The translations under genes were made by a program, and so were the position numbers. Below the pieces are notes generated by a model, which saw only the letters and a list, made by a program, of their open reading frames with translations, was not told the origin of the DNA and searched no databases. Positions 27,666-39,131 of a stretch of DNA of 64,000 nucleotides are shown one piece after another. Position 1 is the stretch's first letter; the number at the start of each line of letters is the position of its first letter. The stretch is from Eledone cirrhosa (Eukaryota). The stretch spans positions 376,030,001 to 376,094,000 of the forward strand of contig OZ024743.1 in NCBI GenBank assembly GCA_964016885.1, read 5' to 3'.

Positions 27666-27759
27666 ACCCATTGAGAAGTTCGGCTATTCAAATACCAGGA
27701 TAAATTTTCATTTAGTCCAGAATTAGCCGTCGAAACGGCTTGAGCTCAACCGTCGGGGT
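27666..27759 (+). ncRNA. Type I HHR, family G (U3-A8 variant, long stems II and III)
   Basis: accca TTGAGAA gttcggctattc..gaattagccgtc GAAA cggcttgagctcaaccg TC ggggt; inverted copy 25314-25407 has perfect acccc/ggggt. Confidence 0.85.
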
Positions 27760-27769
27760 CCTACTCGTT

Positions 27770-27845
<76 letters not shown>

Positions 27846-27867
27846 TTGTAGCTCTGAAATAGCAATA

Positions 27868-28078
27868 TATATATGGATGTAAATATAATGTATTTTGCAA
27901 TACACTTTATGCTTAATTAAAAGCATTTTGAAGACCGTAAGCTATTGTTTTAAAGTAGTGACAAATTCACTCACTTCGAAGTGAGTGAATTTGTCACTAC
28001 TTTAAAACAATAGCTTACGGTCTTTAAAATGCTTTTAATTAAGCATAAAGTGTATTGCAAAATACATTATATTTACAT

Positions 28079-28085
<7 letters not shown>
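27868..28085. repeat. Near-perfect ~218-bp palindrome (probable PLE family N end)
   Basis: Centre ttcgaa at 27974-27979, no spacer, (TA)n flanks. Confidence 0.9.
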
Positions 28086-28142
<57 letters not shown>

Positions 28143-28157
28143 ATATACATATATATA

Positions 28158-28444
28158 TCTATTCTAAGGCGGGTAAAATTCCCGAGATCCATGGACGAGT
28201 TCTCTCCAGCGGTCTCTGTCCCTCATTATCGCTGCCATGGGAGCATCCCAAAAGTCAGCTCAAAAGTGACACAGAGACTGAGGTTAGCTGGACATGCTCA
28301 CCGACATCCAGAGTTGACATTGCACTCAGAGCTCCTTTGGGAGCCCCTACATTGACACACTAGAAGAAGAAGACGAAGGTTAACGTATGTTGATGCCCTA
28401 AGGACAGACACTGGTCTGTTGGAGACGCAGGACATGGCAGCGAT
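28158..28444 (-). mobile_element. RTE/RTE-X LINE 3' fragment with 5' inversion
   Basis: Plus part RLRLAGHAHRHPE..LLWEP..TYVDALRTDTG..QDMAA continues on minus as MAAIMRDRDRWRELV; catggcagcgat duplicated. Confidence 0.8.
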
Positions 28445-28460
28445 ATATATATATATATAT

Positions 28461-28879
28461 AGTTAAAAGAATAGAGGTGTAACACACAAGTTATTATATA
28501 TTGGTAAACGGAATAGAAAAGGCTGACAAATTGTTCACAGTGAAAAATAGTTTAATTAGGAATAAATGAGAATCAGTGATTGTATTGGTTAGTATTCAGT
28601 TGTGGTTTTAAGTCTTACCGGTTGCGCATTTCTAAATGCTTTTCAAAAATAATTTTGAGATAGAGCGTCCGTGATGTTTGCTCTGATCTGATTAGTTTTG
28701 GGAATTCTACCTGTTTTTATGTTAAAAAAGTGGCTCCAGTGCTATTAAAATTGGTTTTTGCGCCAGTTCGTGTTGCAAAAATTCTTGTGGTCAAAACAAT
28801 TTTGATTGGTCGGTAGAGGTCATGTGAATGTAAAAAATTGATTTTGCGCCAAGACTGAGAAATGACTCTTTCACAACAA

Positions 28880-28953
<74 letters not shown>

Positions 28954-29042
28954 TAGTAGTAAAGTGTTCGTTGTTGTGATAATGGTTAGCAGGGATGTGT
29001 GTGCGAACCGCAGCCTGTTGACAGTTCAAATGCCTATTAAGA

Positions 29043-29102
<60 letters not shown>

Positions 29103-29338
29103 GCAGAGTAATTCGTGGTAGAGGGATGGTCAGTAGGAATGTGTCTGTAAGTGAGTGAGGGATATTTTAACATGTTAACAGATATTTTTCAGCTCTGTCT
29201 TATACGGAGAAGTGTGTGTGTGTGTGTGTAGCAGAGTAATTCGTGGTAGAGGGATGGTCAGTAGGAATGTGTCTGTAAGTGAGTGAGGGATATTTTAACA
29301 TGTTAAAAGATATTTTTCAGCTCTTGTCTTATACGGAG

Positions 29339-29397
<59 letters not shown>

Positions 29398-29424
29398 ATT
29401 CTCTTTGTATGTTAATGTACGCGT

Positions 29425-29467
<43 letters not shown>

Positions 29468-29606
29468 GACCAGTAATTTTTTCATGGTAAAATGGTGTAC
29501 ATTATTCGATATTTTCAGTAAAATCGATTCTCTCAATAGAACATCAAAAACCTTAACAATAAAAGGTGTGAAATGATATTCACTATATATATATACATAC
29601 ATATAT

Positions 29607-29655
<49 letters not shown>

Positions 29656-30352
29656 TGCACCATAGAACATGTGTGTTTACGTATGTCATTGTGTTTATAT
29701 GTGGGTAGAGATGTGTGCTGATGTAGGTATGTATGTTGACGTGTGTATGTTTTGGGTTCGTCTTAGGGAGAAGTGTTTAGACGGGGTCCGTATTTGTTAA
29801 TAAAGTAAAATTCCTTGCTGATGCACTGGGTGTGGGTGGCATTATCTTTAAATTTGTAGAGGGGAAATATTCTGAAGTTGGGATGATTTTGGGCGGCACA
29901 GGTATCAATGTGTTAACTCAGTGGTATTTTCCTGTATTCCCGTATTTTAATTTGGGATCTATGGACAGTCATGCGTTGGCGGAGGCTGTTTTTGGTCTGG
30001 CCTATGTATTGTTCTCGACAACCTGAGCAAGTTAATACATATATTAGATTTTTCGATGCACATGTGAAATTGTGTTTTACTATAAAACGTTGTCCTTCTT
30101 TGAAATAGAATTCCGAACCCTCTATTAGGTTGATGCAAATTCCACAGTTGGGTCTATCGCATTTTTTTACTGTGGGTTTCGTTGTTGTGGTTGGCAGTAC
30201 TTTGGCATCCTCCAGAACATCCCTGTGTTGAAAAAGGACCATAGAATGAACCAAATCCTACGAACACACGATATCATAAAGAGCAAAAGACAATCTAAGT
30301 CAATGAAAAACATCCTAACACATGCCAAAGTACTGCCAACCTCAACAACGAA
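28461..30352 (-). mobile_element. PLE family B (Neptune-like) 3' part, EN at 29763-30208, inverted piece 30209-30352
   Basis: KCDRPNCGIC..LIYVLTCSGCREQYIGQT; frameshift near 29915. Confidence 0.9.
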
Positions 30353-31665
30353 ATGACGTCATTTTCAGCTTATATCTGGAGTCTAAAAGACAACCACACC
30401 CAATATAAGTTACACTGGGAGATCCTAGCTTGGGCTAGATCGTATAACGGAACTAAAAGACCATGTGACCTCTGCGCCGCTGAGGCCCTGGAAATACTCT
30501 ACGCCACAGACCACATCTTAAACAAAAAATCTGAGGCAATTTCGGCTTGTAAACATAAATTGCACAACACTTTCCTGTATTACAGCCCCACGTTATACCC
30601 TAACGGATAGTACGATCTATACGTGGATATTTTAGCTAAGTATATGTTTTGTTTATTCCTTTACTTATTTGCATAGGTAAGTATGCTTTACCCGTTTGTT
30701 TTGTGAAGGTACGTATACCTTCTCGTACGTATATTTGATTGTTTTGGCGTATAATTTTAGATATTCTGGTACATAGGGTTTGGCTATGTGCATACGGGAG
30801 TTTTGCGTCTGTGTGAGTATGCGGGTTCGTACGTATGGTGGGTGTGTGTATACGTGTACTTCTTGTTTTAGTTGACTTACGTCTCCGAACATTCGTGTAT
30901 TTATATGTGGGTATGTGTGTGCGCTTGTTATATACGTATTTATTTATTTATATACGTTTATATAATTATTTATTTATTTGTATACACGCATACACACACA
31001 CTCATATTTATATGTGCGTGGTTTTGTATACCTATGGTAAGGTTTTGCGTATGCTTGTGTATGTACGTATTTGTTTGCGTGTATGTATATATTTATTTCT
31101 ATTACTTCTGTATTTATTTACTTGTTCTTAACTCTGTAGCGGAGATTCATTTGGTCTCCTAGTTAGAATTTTAGTCTACGACTTCTGCTATACCATTTAC
31201 GTGGTTTTGTCTTTGCGTGCTATTGTTCTCCACGCTCCACATATGACGTATTATCTTCGTTTTTTCCTTCATTGCCAGAGAACGTCTCTATGCACCACCT
31301 AAGAGAACATTAGTCTACGACCTCTTTTATACCATAAACGTGGTTCTATCTTTGCGCGTAATTGTTTTTCACCGCTCCTATTAATGACGTATTATTCGTT
31401 TTTTCCTGTTTTTTGCCAGCTAACGTTACCACGAACCAAAGTATCGTCTTCCTGTCTTCCTCCGGTTGCAACGTTTTTTTGAAATATCCAGTTCTGCGTT
31501 TACAGATTGACTTTGTTAGTTTCAGAAGATCCCGTTAAGGGTGAATGCAGCGATTCTTTGCTTAAACTTTAATCTGTTATTTTAATAAATATTTGCTCTA
31601 CGGTTCTTATATATTTGATATATATTTATCCTTATCGAGTCCTCTTTGGATTTTAGTCTTCAAAT

Positions 31666-31680
<15 letters not shown>
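30353..31680 (+). mobile_element. PLE family H 3' part
   Basis: YIWSLKD..CDLCAAE..LNKKSE..CKH; homologous to 46644-47757(-). Confidence 0.9.
31518..31568 (+). ncRNA. Degenerate HHR, family H
   Basis: agttt CAGAAGA t ccc gttaa ggg t GAAT gcag cgattct ttgc TT aaact; two core substitutions. Confidence 0.55.
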
Positions 31681-31696
<16 letters not shown>

Positions 31697-31720
31697 TATA
31701 TATCTGTATATATATATAAA

Positions 31721-31807
<87 letters not shown>

Positions 31808-31865
31808 GTATATATATATATATCTGTATATATATATATCTGTATATATATATATCTGTATATAT

Positions 31866-31975
31866 AATATATAAAAATAAAAGATGGTTAAAAGAGTTCC
31901 ATGTATTTTATTATGCGCATTTCAAAAACAAATATCATCATGCAATAATATTTGTGTTTTCATTAGATAAAACAG
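31866..31975 (-). mobile_element. PLE family I end with mutated HHR (CTAATGA)
   Basis: Near identical to 45180-45290. Confidence 0.85.
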
Positions 31976-32007
31976 TATCTGTATATATATATATATCTGT
32001 ATATATA

Positions 32008-33397
32008 ATCGATTTTTTATCGTATGGTTGATTGTAGACTTGTTCTATATGTGACGGTATTTTAACGATAGTTATAGCTCCGATTCATCTGAATTATTGA
32101 GCCCTCTGCCGCTCATTTCGAATCTTGTTTATCGTGAACTCGTGCGCCGATTTTTCGATACTCGATCTTTCTAATATATTTAGCTCTGGACATAGCTATC
32201 CACCAGTTAATTTTATTGCTCATTTTTTGTCGATTCTATTGAGTGATGAATAGCTTTTGTTTTATTTTAACATGTCTATTGAGCACTCTAATTCGATATG
32301 TGTATTTCCACATTCCCTCGAATTTTTCGCGGATATAGGGGTTATCTCCCTTGTCTAATGCCATGTGCGTTTTTCACTGGTAGTTAGCCCCTCTACCGCC
32401 AGGAAAAAAGCTCGTTGAGAAAGTAAAACTCCGTTCCGCTTGCTCTAGTAGGCTTTTATATTTATATGTGAGCTGATAGAGTACAGTCTAAGGATTTACA
32501 GAAACCCATGAAGCTAGATTTAACACCTGTCTAGTGGGTCCGGGTATGATTTTACATTCATTTAAATTATTGACGTATTGTTTTATTGATATTTTTTATC
32601 TGTTTGTCCCGAATCTTCCTTTATCGATTTTTTATCGTATGGTTTATTGTAGACTTGTTCTATATGTGACGGTATTTTAACGATAGTTATAGCTCTGATT
32701 CATCTGAATTATTGAGCCCTCTGCCGCTCATTTCGAATCTTGTTTATCGTGAACTCGTGCGCCGATTTTTCGATACTCGATCTTTCTAATATATTTAGCT
32801 CTGGACATAGCTATCCACCAGTTAATTTTATTGCTCATTTTTTGTCGATTCTATTGAGTGATGAATAGCTTTTGTTTTATTTTAACATGTCTATTGAGCA
32901 CTCTAATTCGATATGTGTATTTCCACATTCCCTCGAATTTTTCGCGGATATAGGGGTTATCTCCCTTGTCTAATGCCATGTGCGTTTTTCACTGGTAGTT
33001 AGCCCCTCTACCGCCAGGAAAAAAGCTCGTTGAGAAAGTAAAACTCCGTTCCGCTTGCTCTAGTAGGCTTTTATATTTATATGTGAGCTGATAGAGTACA
33101 GTCTAAGGATTTACAGAAACCCATGAAGCTAGATTTAACACCTGTCTAGTGGGTCCGGGTATGATTTTACATTCATTTAAATTATTGACGTATTGTTTTA
33201 TTGATATTTTTTATCTGTTTGTCCCGAATCTTCCTTTATCGATTTTTTATCGTATGGTTGATTGTAGACTTGTTCTATATGTGACGGTATTTTAACGATA
33301 GTTATAGCTCTGATTCATCTGAATTATTGAGCCCTCTGCCGCTCATTTCGAATCTTGTTTATCGTGAACTCGTGCGCCGATTTTTCGATACTCGATC

Positions 33398-33404
<7 letters not shown>
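32008..33404 (+). mobile_element. 615-bp non-coding tandem unit, ~2.3 copies, one HHR per unit (retrozyme-like, family J)
   Basis: gattttttatcgtatgg at 32011, 32626, 33241; (TA)n flanks. Confidence 0.85.
32410..32545 (+). ncRNA. Type I HHR, family J (U3-A8, extended stems)
   Basis: gctcg TTGAGAA a gtaaa..tgctcta..tagagta..tttac a GAAA ccca..ctaga..tctag tggg TC cgggt; copy 33025-33160. Confidence 0.75.
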
Positions 33405-33495
<91 letters not shown>

Positions 33496-33520
33496 GTATA
33501 TATATATATATATATATATA

Positions 33521-33707
<187 letters not shown>

Positions 33708-33725
33708 GTATATATATATATATAA

Positions 33726-33777
<52 letters not shown>

Positions 33778-33788
33778 ATATCTGTATA

Positions 33789-34410
33789 TCTCTTTTACTC
33801 TTTTACCTGTTTCAGCCATCCGGCTGAGGCCATGCTGGGGCACCGCCCTTGTTGCTCCACGTTTTATCTCCAGCCTGTATAGGTTGGCCACTGGTGTAAG
33901 AGGGAGTTCGTTGCTGCTGCCCTTAGGTTTCCCTCGTGTCTTGCTGTGGGCTCATCCGGGATCCTGGATAACAAGGTGTCGAGATGTTTCTTAAAGACAT
34001 CCACCTCCACGTCATGCAAGTCTCTCAGATCCCTCGGCAGCCTGTTGAAGAGTTGAGGGCCCTTGAATCCCAGGCTATTGCAATACCTGCTCCTTATTCT
34101 AGATGTGGAAGACGGGACCTTTGGCACCACACAGTGACGTCCTGTTCGACGGTTGGTCCAGCTCCCAATGCCAAAGTTTGGTGCTAGTCCCTCCAGGATT
34201 TTCCACATGTAGATCACTGTGTATCTCTCCCGTCTTCGCTCCAAGGAGTAGAGGTTCAGTTCCTTCAGCCTCTCCCAGTAGCTTGTCTCCCTCATCTTGG
34301 CAATCCTCTTGGTGTAGCTTCGCTGGATTGCCTCAAGCTCCGTGGTTAGTTTGACACTATGGGGTGCCCACAACTGGGAGCAGTAGTCCAGGCGGCTTAG
34401 GACAGATGAT
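33789..34410 (-). mobile_element. 5'-truncated LINE family 2 (CR1-group/Proto2-like)
   Basis: [37 protein letters not shown]; tail (taaaagag)n. Confidence 0.9.
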
Positions 34411-35370
34411 TCCAAGCTCCAAAAGGTCATCAATGGCGTGGATGACCAGATAAGCCTTCAGTCAGACCTACTGGCTGTTACCCAATGGGCAGAAAAGAAC
34501 AACATGTTACTGAACGAGGACAAATTCGAACTGATCCACTTTGGAAAAGAGGATGCTCTGAAACTCCCGTACTCCCTTCCCTCCGGGGAAACTCTCGTGG
34601 CATCTAACAACATCAGAGACTTGGGAGTAACCGTGGACAGCAACATAAGCTGGACCACGCATATAAGCAGCAAAGTTGACATGGCCCGCAGAATGTGTTC
34701 CTGGATCCTCAGAACCTTCCAGTCGAGAGATTCCCGCACCATTATTCTTCTCTTCTCTACTTTCGCCCGACCACACCTTGAATACTGTTGTCCACTGTGG
34801 TCTCCCCACACGAAACAAAGTATCATGAAACTTGAAGCTCCTCAAAGGGCAATCACGAAAAAGATAGATGGCATGTCAGACCTTGACTACTGGGGTCGAT
34901 TGGAAAACCTGAAACTTTACTCACTCCAACGTCGCCGTGAGCGTTATATTATCTGCATGATGTGGAAAATGTTCCATCATCACTGCCCAAATGATGTTGG
35001 CATCGCCTTCAAGATACACCCAAGGCTTGGGCCCCGTGCTATCCGTCCCATTCAAAAATCTAAATCGCAACTCATAACAACAATACGGCACAATTATTTC
35101 ACCTCAATCGGCCCTGCTCTCTTCAACATCACACCAGGACACGTCAAAACAGAAACTGACCACTCAAAATTCAAGAAGTCTTTGGACAAATTCCTCCAAG
35201 TAATCCCGGACAAACGACCCACACCCGGATATGTCTCCGCAAACAGTAATTCTCTTCTCGAATGGGCCATGGTGCCCAAATCCTGAATTGAAAGACTTCG
35301 CCAGGTGGTGCTATTAAGTTAGACATGGCCTGGGCCAATACTGGCCAAAACATTTCAAAGTTATTCAAAG

Positions 35371-35373
<3 letters not shown>
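34405..35373 (+). mobile_element. 5'-truncated LINE family 1
   Basis: Near identical to 51686-52655(-); tail (ttcaaagtta)n. Confidence 0.95.
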
Positions 35374-35450
<77 letters not shown>

Positions 35451-35487
35451 ATATATATATCTGTATATATATATATATATATATATA

Positions 35488-36172
35488 TCGTTTCTGAATT
35501 TGTTTAGCAAGATTCTTTATCTGAAATCGTGTGTTGAAACCGATATTGTTATACTTTGGGAGGGTCATGTTGCCAATAAGAAACACACGCACCAGTTGCT
35601 TTCACTTCAATTTATTATATATTTATAAATTTATAAATTTACAAATCTACAAACTTATAAATTTCTGGTTGGTTGGTTGGTTCCACAACCAGATAGTTGT
35701 TTATATATAGTCATAGTCCTTTCGTCACACACTCTGTGACCTCTTCAGTGACTGGGGATTCCTTTCTTTGTTTCTGTGCCTTTCCTTTCTTCTGTCCTAC
35801 GCCATTTTGTTTCTGTGTGTGTGTTGTGTGCTCAGTTTGCGCATGCGCCACATCCGGGTGTCTGTGTGTGTTTGTGTTCATTTATTTATTTGTTTATTTA
35901 TTTATTTATTTATTTACATGTTGTTGGTTGGTTGTTTGTTCTATGTGTGTGTGTGTTTTCATTTTGTCCTTAATTGTAAGTTGTGATGTTGCTGTTCCAC
36001 TCATATTTTCTATTTAAATTTGGTTGTAATTCTTTTATGCTTACTGCCTCTGTAATTTGCCTAAACATTGCATCTTTTCTGTGTGTGGATTCTATTTTTA
36101 TTTCTATGTTCTCTAATCTACCCTTGTGCTCTATCTTAGCATGTTGGTAGAGCACAGATGATTCTTTAAAGA
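35488..36172 (-). mobile_element. PLE family D 3' fragment with HHR (35709-35753)
   Basis: EN C-terminus and pLTR homologous to 42630-43392. Confidence 0.9.
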
Positions 36173-36210
36173 ATATATATATATATACAGATATATATAT
36201 ATATATATAC

Positions 36211-36322
<112 letters not shown>

Positions 36323-36823
36323 ACACTTTGGGAGGGTCATGCTGCCAATAAGAAACACACGCACCAGTTGCTTTCACTTCAATTTAATTTATTAAATATT
36401 TATAAATTTACAAATTTATAAATTTCTGGTTGGTTGGTTGGTTCCACAACCAGATAGTTGTTTATATATATATAGTCATAGTTCTTTCGTCACACACTCT
36501 GTGACCTCTTCAGTGACTGGGGATTTCTTTCTTCGTTTCTGTGCCTTTCCTTTCTTCTATCCTACGCCATTTTGTTTGTGTGTGGGTTGCGTGCTCAGTT
36601 TGCGCATGCGCCACATCCGGGTGTCTGTGTGTGTTTGTGTTCATTTTTCTATTTTTCTATTTATATTTTTCTATTTGTTTGTTTATTTATTTATTTATTG
36701 TTGGTTGGTTGTTTGTTCTATGTGTGTGTGTGTTTTCATTTTGTCTTGTGTGTGTTTTCATTTTGTGTGTGTTTTCAATTGTAAGTTGTTTGTTCTATGT
36801 GTGTGTGTGTTTTCATTTTGTCC

Positions 36824-38700
36824 TTAATTGTAAGTTGTGATGTTGCTGTTCCACTCATATTTTCTATTTAATTTTGGTTTTAATTCTTTTATGCTTACTG
36901 CCTCTGTAATTTGCCTAAACATTGCGTCTTTCTTGTGTGTGGATTCTATTTTTATTTCTATGCTCTCTAATTTACCCCTGTGTTCTATCTTAGCATGTTG
37001 GTAGAGCACAGATGATTCTTTACTATCTTGGAGGTCTCGCCAGTGTTCATTTATTCGTTCCCCTATACTACGAGCTGTCTCACCTATGTACACTACATTT
37101 TTGTTTCTACATTGTCCTTCAGTACATCTTATGCTATATACTACATTTCTAGTTTTACAGTTAATATGGGGGCTTATTTTACAGGTTATACATTTCTTAT
37201 CTATACATGAGGGTCTTTGGAACGGGTATGTCTTGCTAATAAGTGTTTTTACGGAGGTACCAGGTCTTTCTACTATCTTAATATTGAGATTATGTTTCTT
37301 TAGGGCCCTTCTAAATTTGTAGGCTAGTTCGCCTCTAGGGGTTGTATTGATGAACATTACACTCTGGTATTTATTGCTATCATACCATGAGTTTATTCTA
37401 TTGGCCTTGTTCTTAGTTCTTTCTATTCTATTCCAAAATTTGCTCCTATACAAGGGGCAGGTCCCATTTATGTCATTATTTACCATTTTTTCCCATTTGG
37501 TTCTGGCTCCTTTATACACTCTGATTCTATCTCTCTGATTGTAGCCAGAGAACTGCATACGGTGGATGAAGTGTTGTATGTGTCTCTCTAGTTCTTCGGG
37601 GTTGCACATGCGGGACACATTTCTCATCACCCGTACCAAATCCGCAATCAGTATGTTGATTTTGGTATGGTCCGAAATGGCCGAGTTTCGGTGGATCAGA
37701 TGTTTGGAAGTCATGGGTTTGGCATAATGGGAATGGAGGATTTGTTTTTGGTTGTTAATAGTATCTAACCAGAGCTCTGTGTCTAGTACAGGTAATCGAT
37801 GGTTGGGGTGTCTACTTGGGTAGTCTATAGTAACTCTAATGCTCTGGTGGATGGAGTTTGCTATTTGCTGGATGCTTTCCATTGTGTTTTTCTCTAGTTC
37901 CTGACTGTTCTTTAGTGGGGGTGTCTTAACTACGATGTTTATATCATCTACGTAGCGGGAGTACATTATCAGGGTTAAGCTGTCTTCTAATTGTTCATTA
38001 AGTTTTTGTTTAAGTCTACTGTCCCACCATACCATGAATAAGTTAGCTATGTCGCCTGCAATGCTAACACCAATGGCTGCTCCTTCCTCTTGGGCATATG
38101 TTTTACCATTAAATTTGAACATATGTTCCTTAAGGGTTAGTTTTATGCTGGCCCCTACCGCATGTGCAATCATTTTCTTCAGTTCATCGTGGTTTTCGGG
38201 TGTCCGTATGGCTCTGGTCCACCCGTTCCATCTATCTGTGTGGGTTTTCTTGGCCATAGAGGTAATGGTAGGTGGTCTGCCTCTTGCTGGTCTTGTAGGG
38301 CACAGGTTGCTAAGGTCATAAGTGTCTAGGTAACTATTACTATGGGTAAGCTTAAGTAGAAGTCCCAGCTCACTGGTATCAATCCCACGGAACTCAACCT
38401 TGCTCTCGCTGATCATTTCGACGCATTTCTCCACAGCAAAATCCACGTCAATAGATGGATACAGGGACACAACATCCATACTGCCTATTATGCAGTTTGT
38501 TAGGTCCCCAGATCGGTTACCCGCGCCGATTCTGCTGAGGAGGTCCTCCGTGCTGTCACACACATCTGGGGACATCTCAATGATGGGGCGTATGATCAGG
38601 GAGAGGAAGTAGGACAGTCTGTAGTTACTAGCAATGTTAGCCCCACAGACTGGCCGTGTTGGTGGTCCCGCGACAGGGTCCCAGCCCGTTTTATGGTCTT
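36824..38700 (-). pseudogene. Inverted 5'-truncated copy of family D ORF
   Basis: 583-aa ORF matches the C-terminal part of 39132-42827. Confidence 0.9.
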
Positions 38701-39131
38701 TCTAGAAGTGGTGCACAGTTTTATGAAGTGTAGTTGTCGAGATGTTATGGTTTTTCGTAGACAACAGAACATGGTGGTTTTCAGTATCTTGTTAGCCTGG
38801 CTAAGGCTTACGATATTTCGTTTCTGAATTTGTTTAGCAAGATTCTTTATCTGAAATCGTGTGTTGAAACCGATATTGTTACACTTTGGGAGGGTCATGC
38901 TGCCAATAAGAAACACACGCACCAGTTGCTTTCACTTCAATTTAATTTATTAAATATTTATAAATTTACAAATTTATAAATTTCTGGTTGGTTGGTTGGT
39001 TCCACAACCAGATAGTTGTTTATATATATATATAGTCATATATATATAGTCAGATAAAGAATCTTGCTAAACAAATTCAGAAACGAAATATCGTAAGCCT
39101 TAGCCAGGCTAACAAGATACTGAAAACCACC

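Larger units (their letters stand above)
25222..27773 (+). mobile_element. PLE family G, 5'-truncated, with inverted pLTR (25222-~25515)
   Basis: 25300-25515 is rc of ~27558-27773; (TA)n flanks. Confidence 0.9.
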
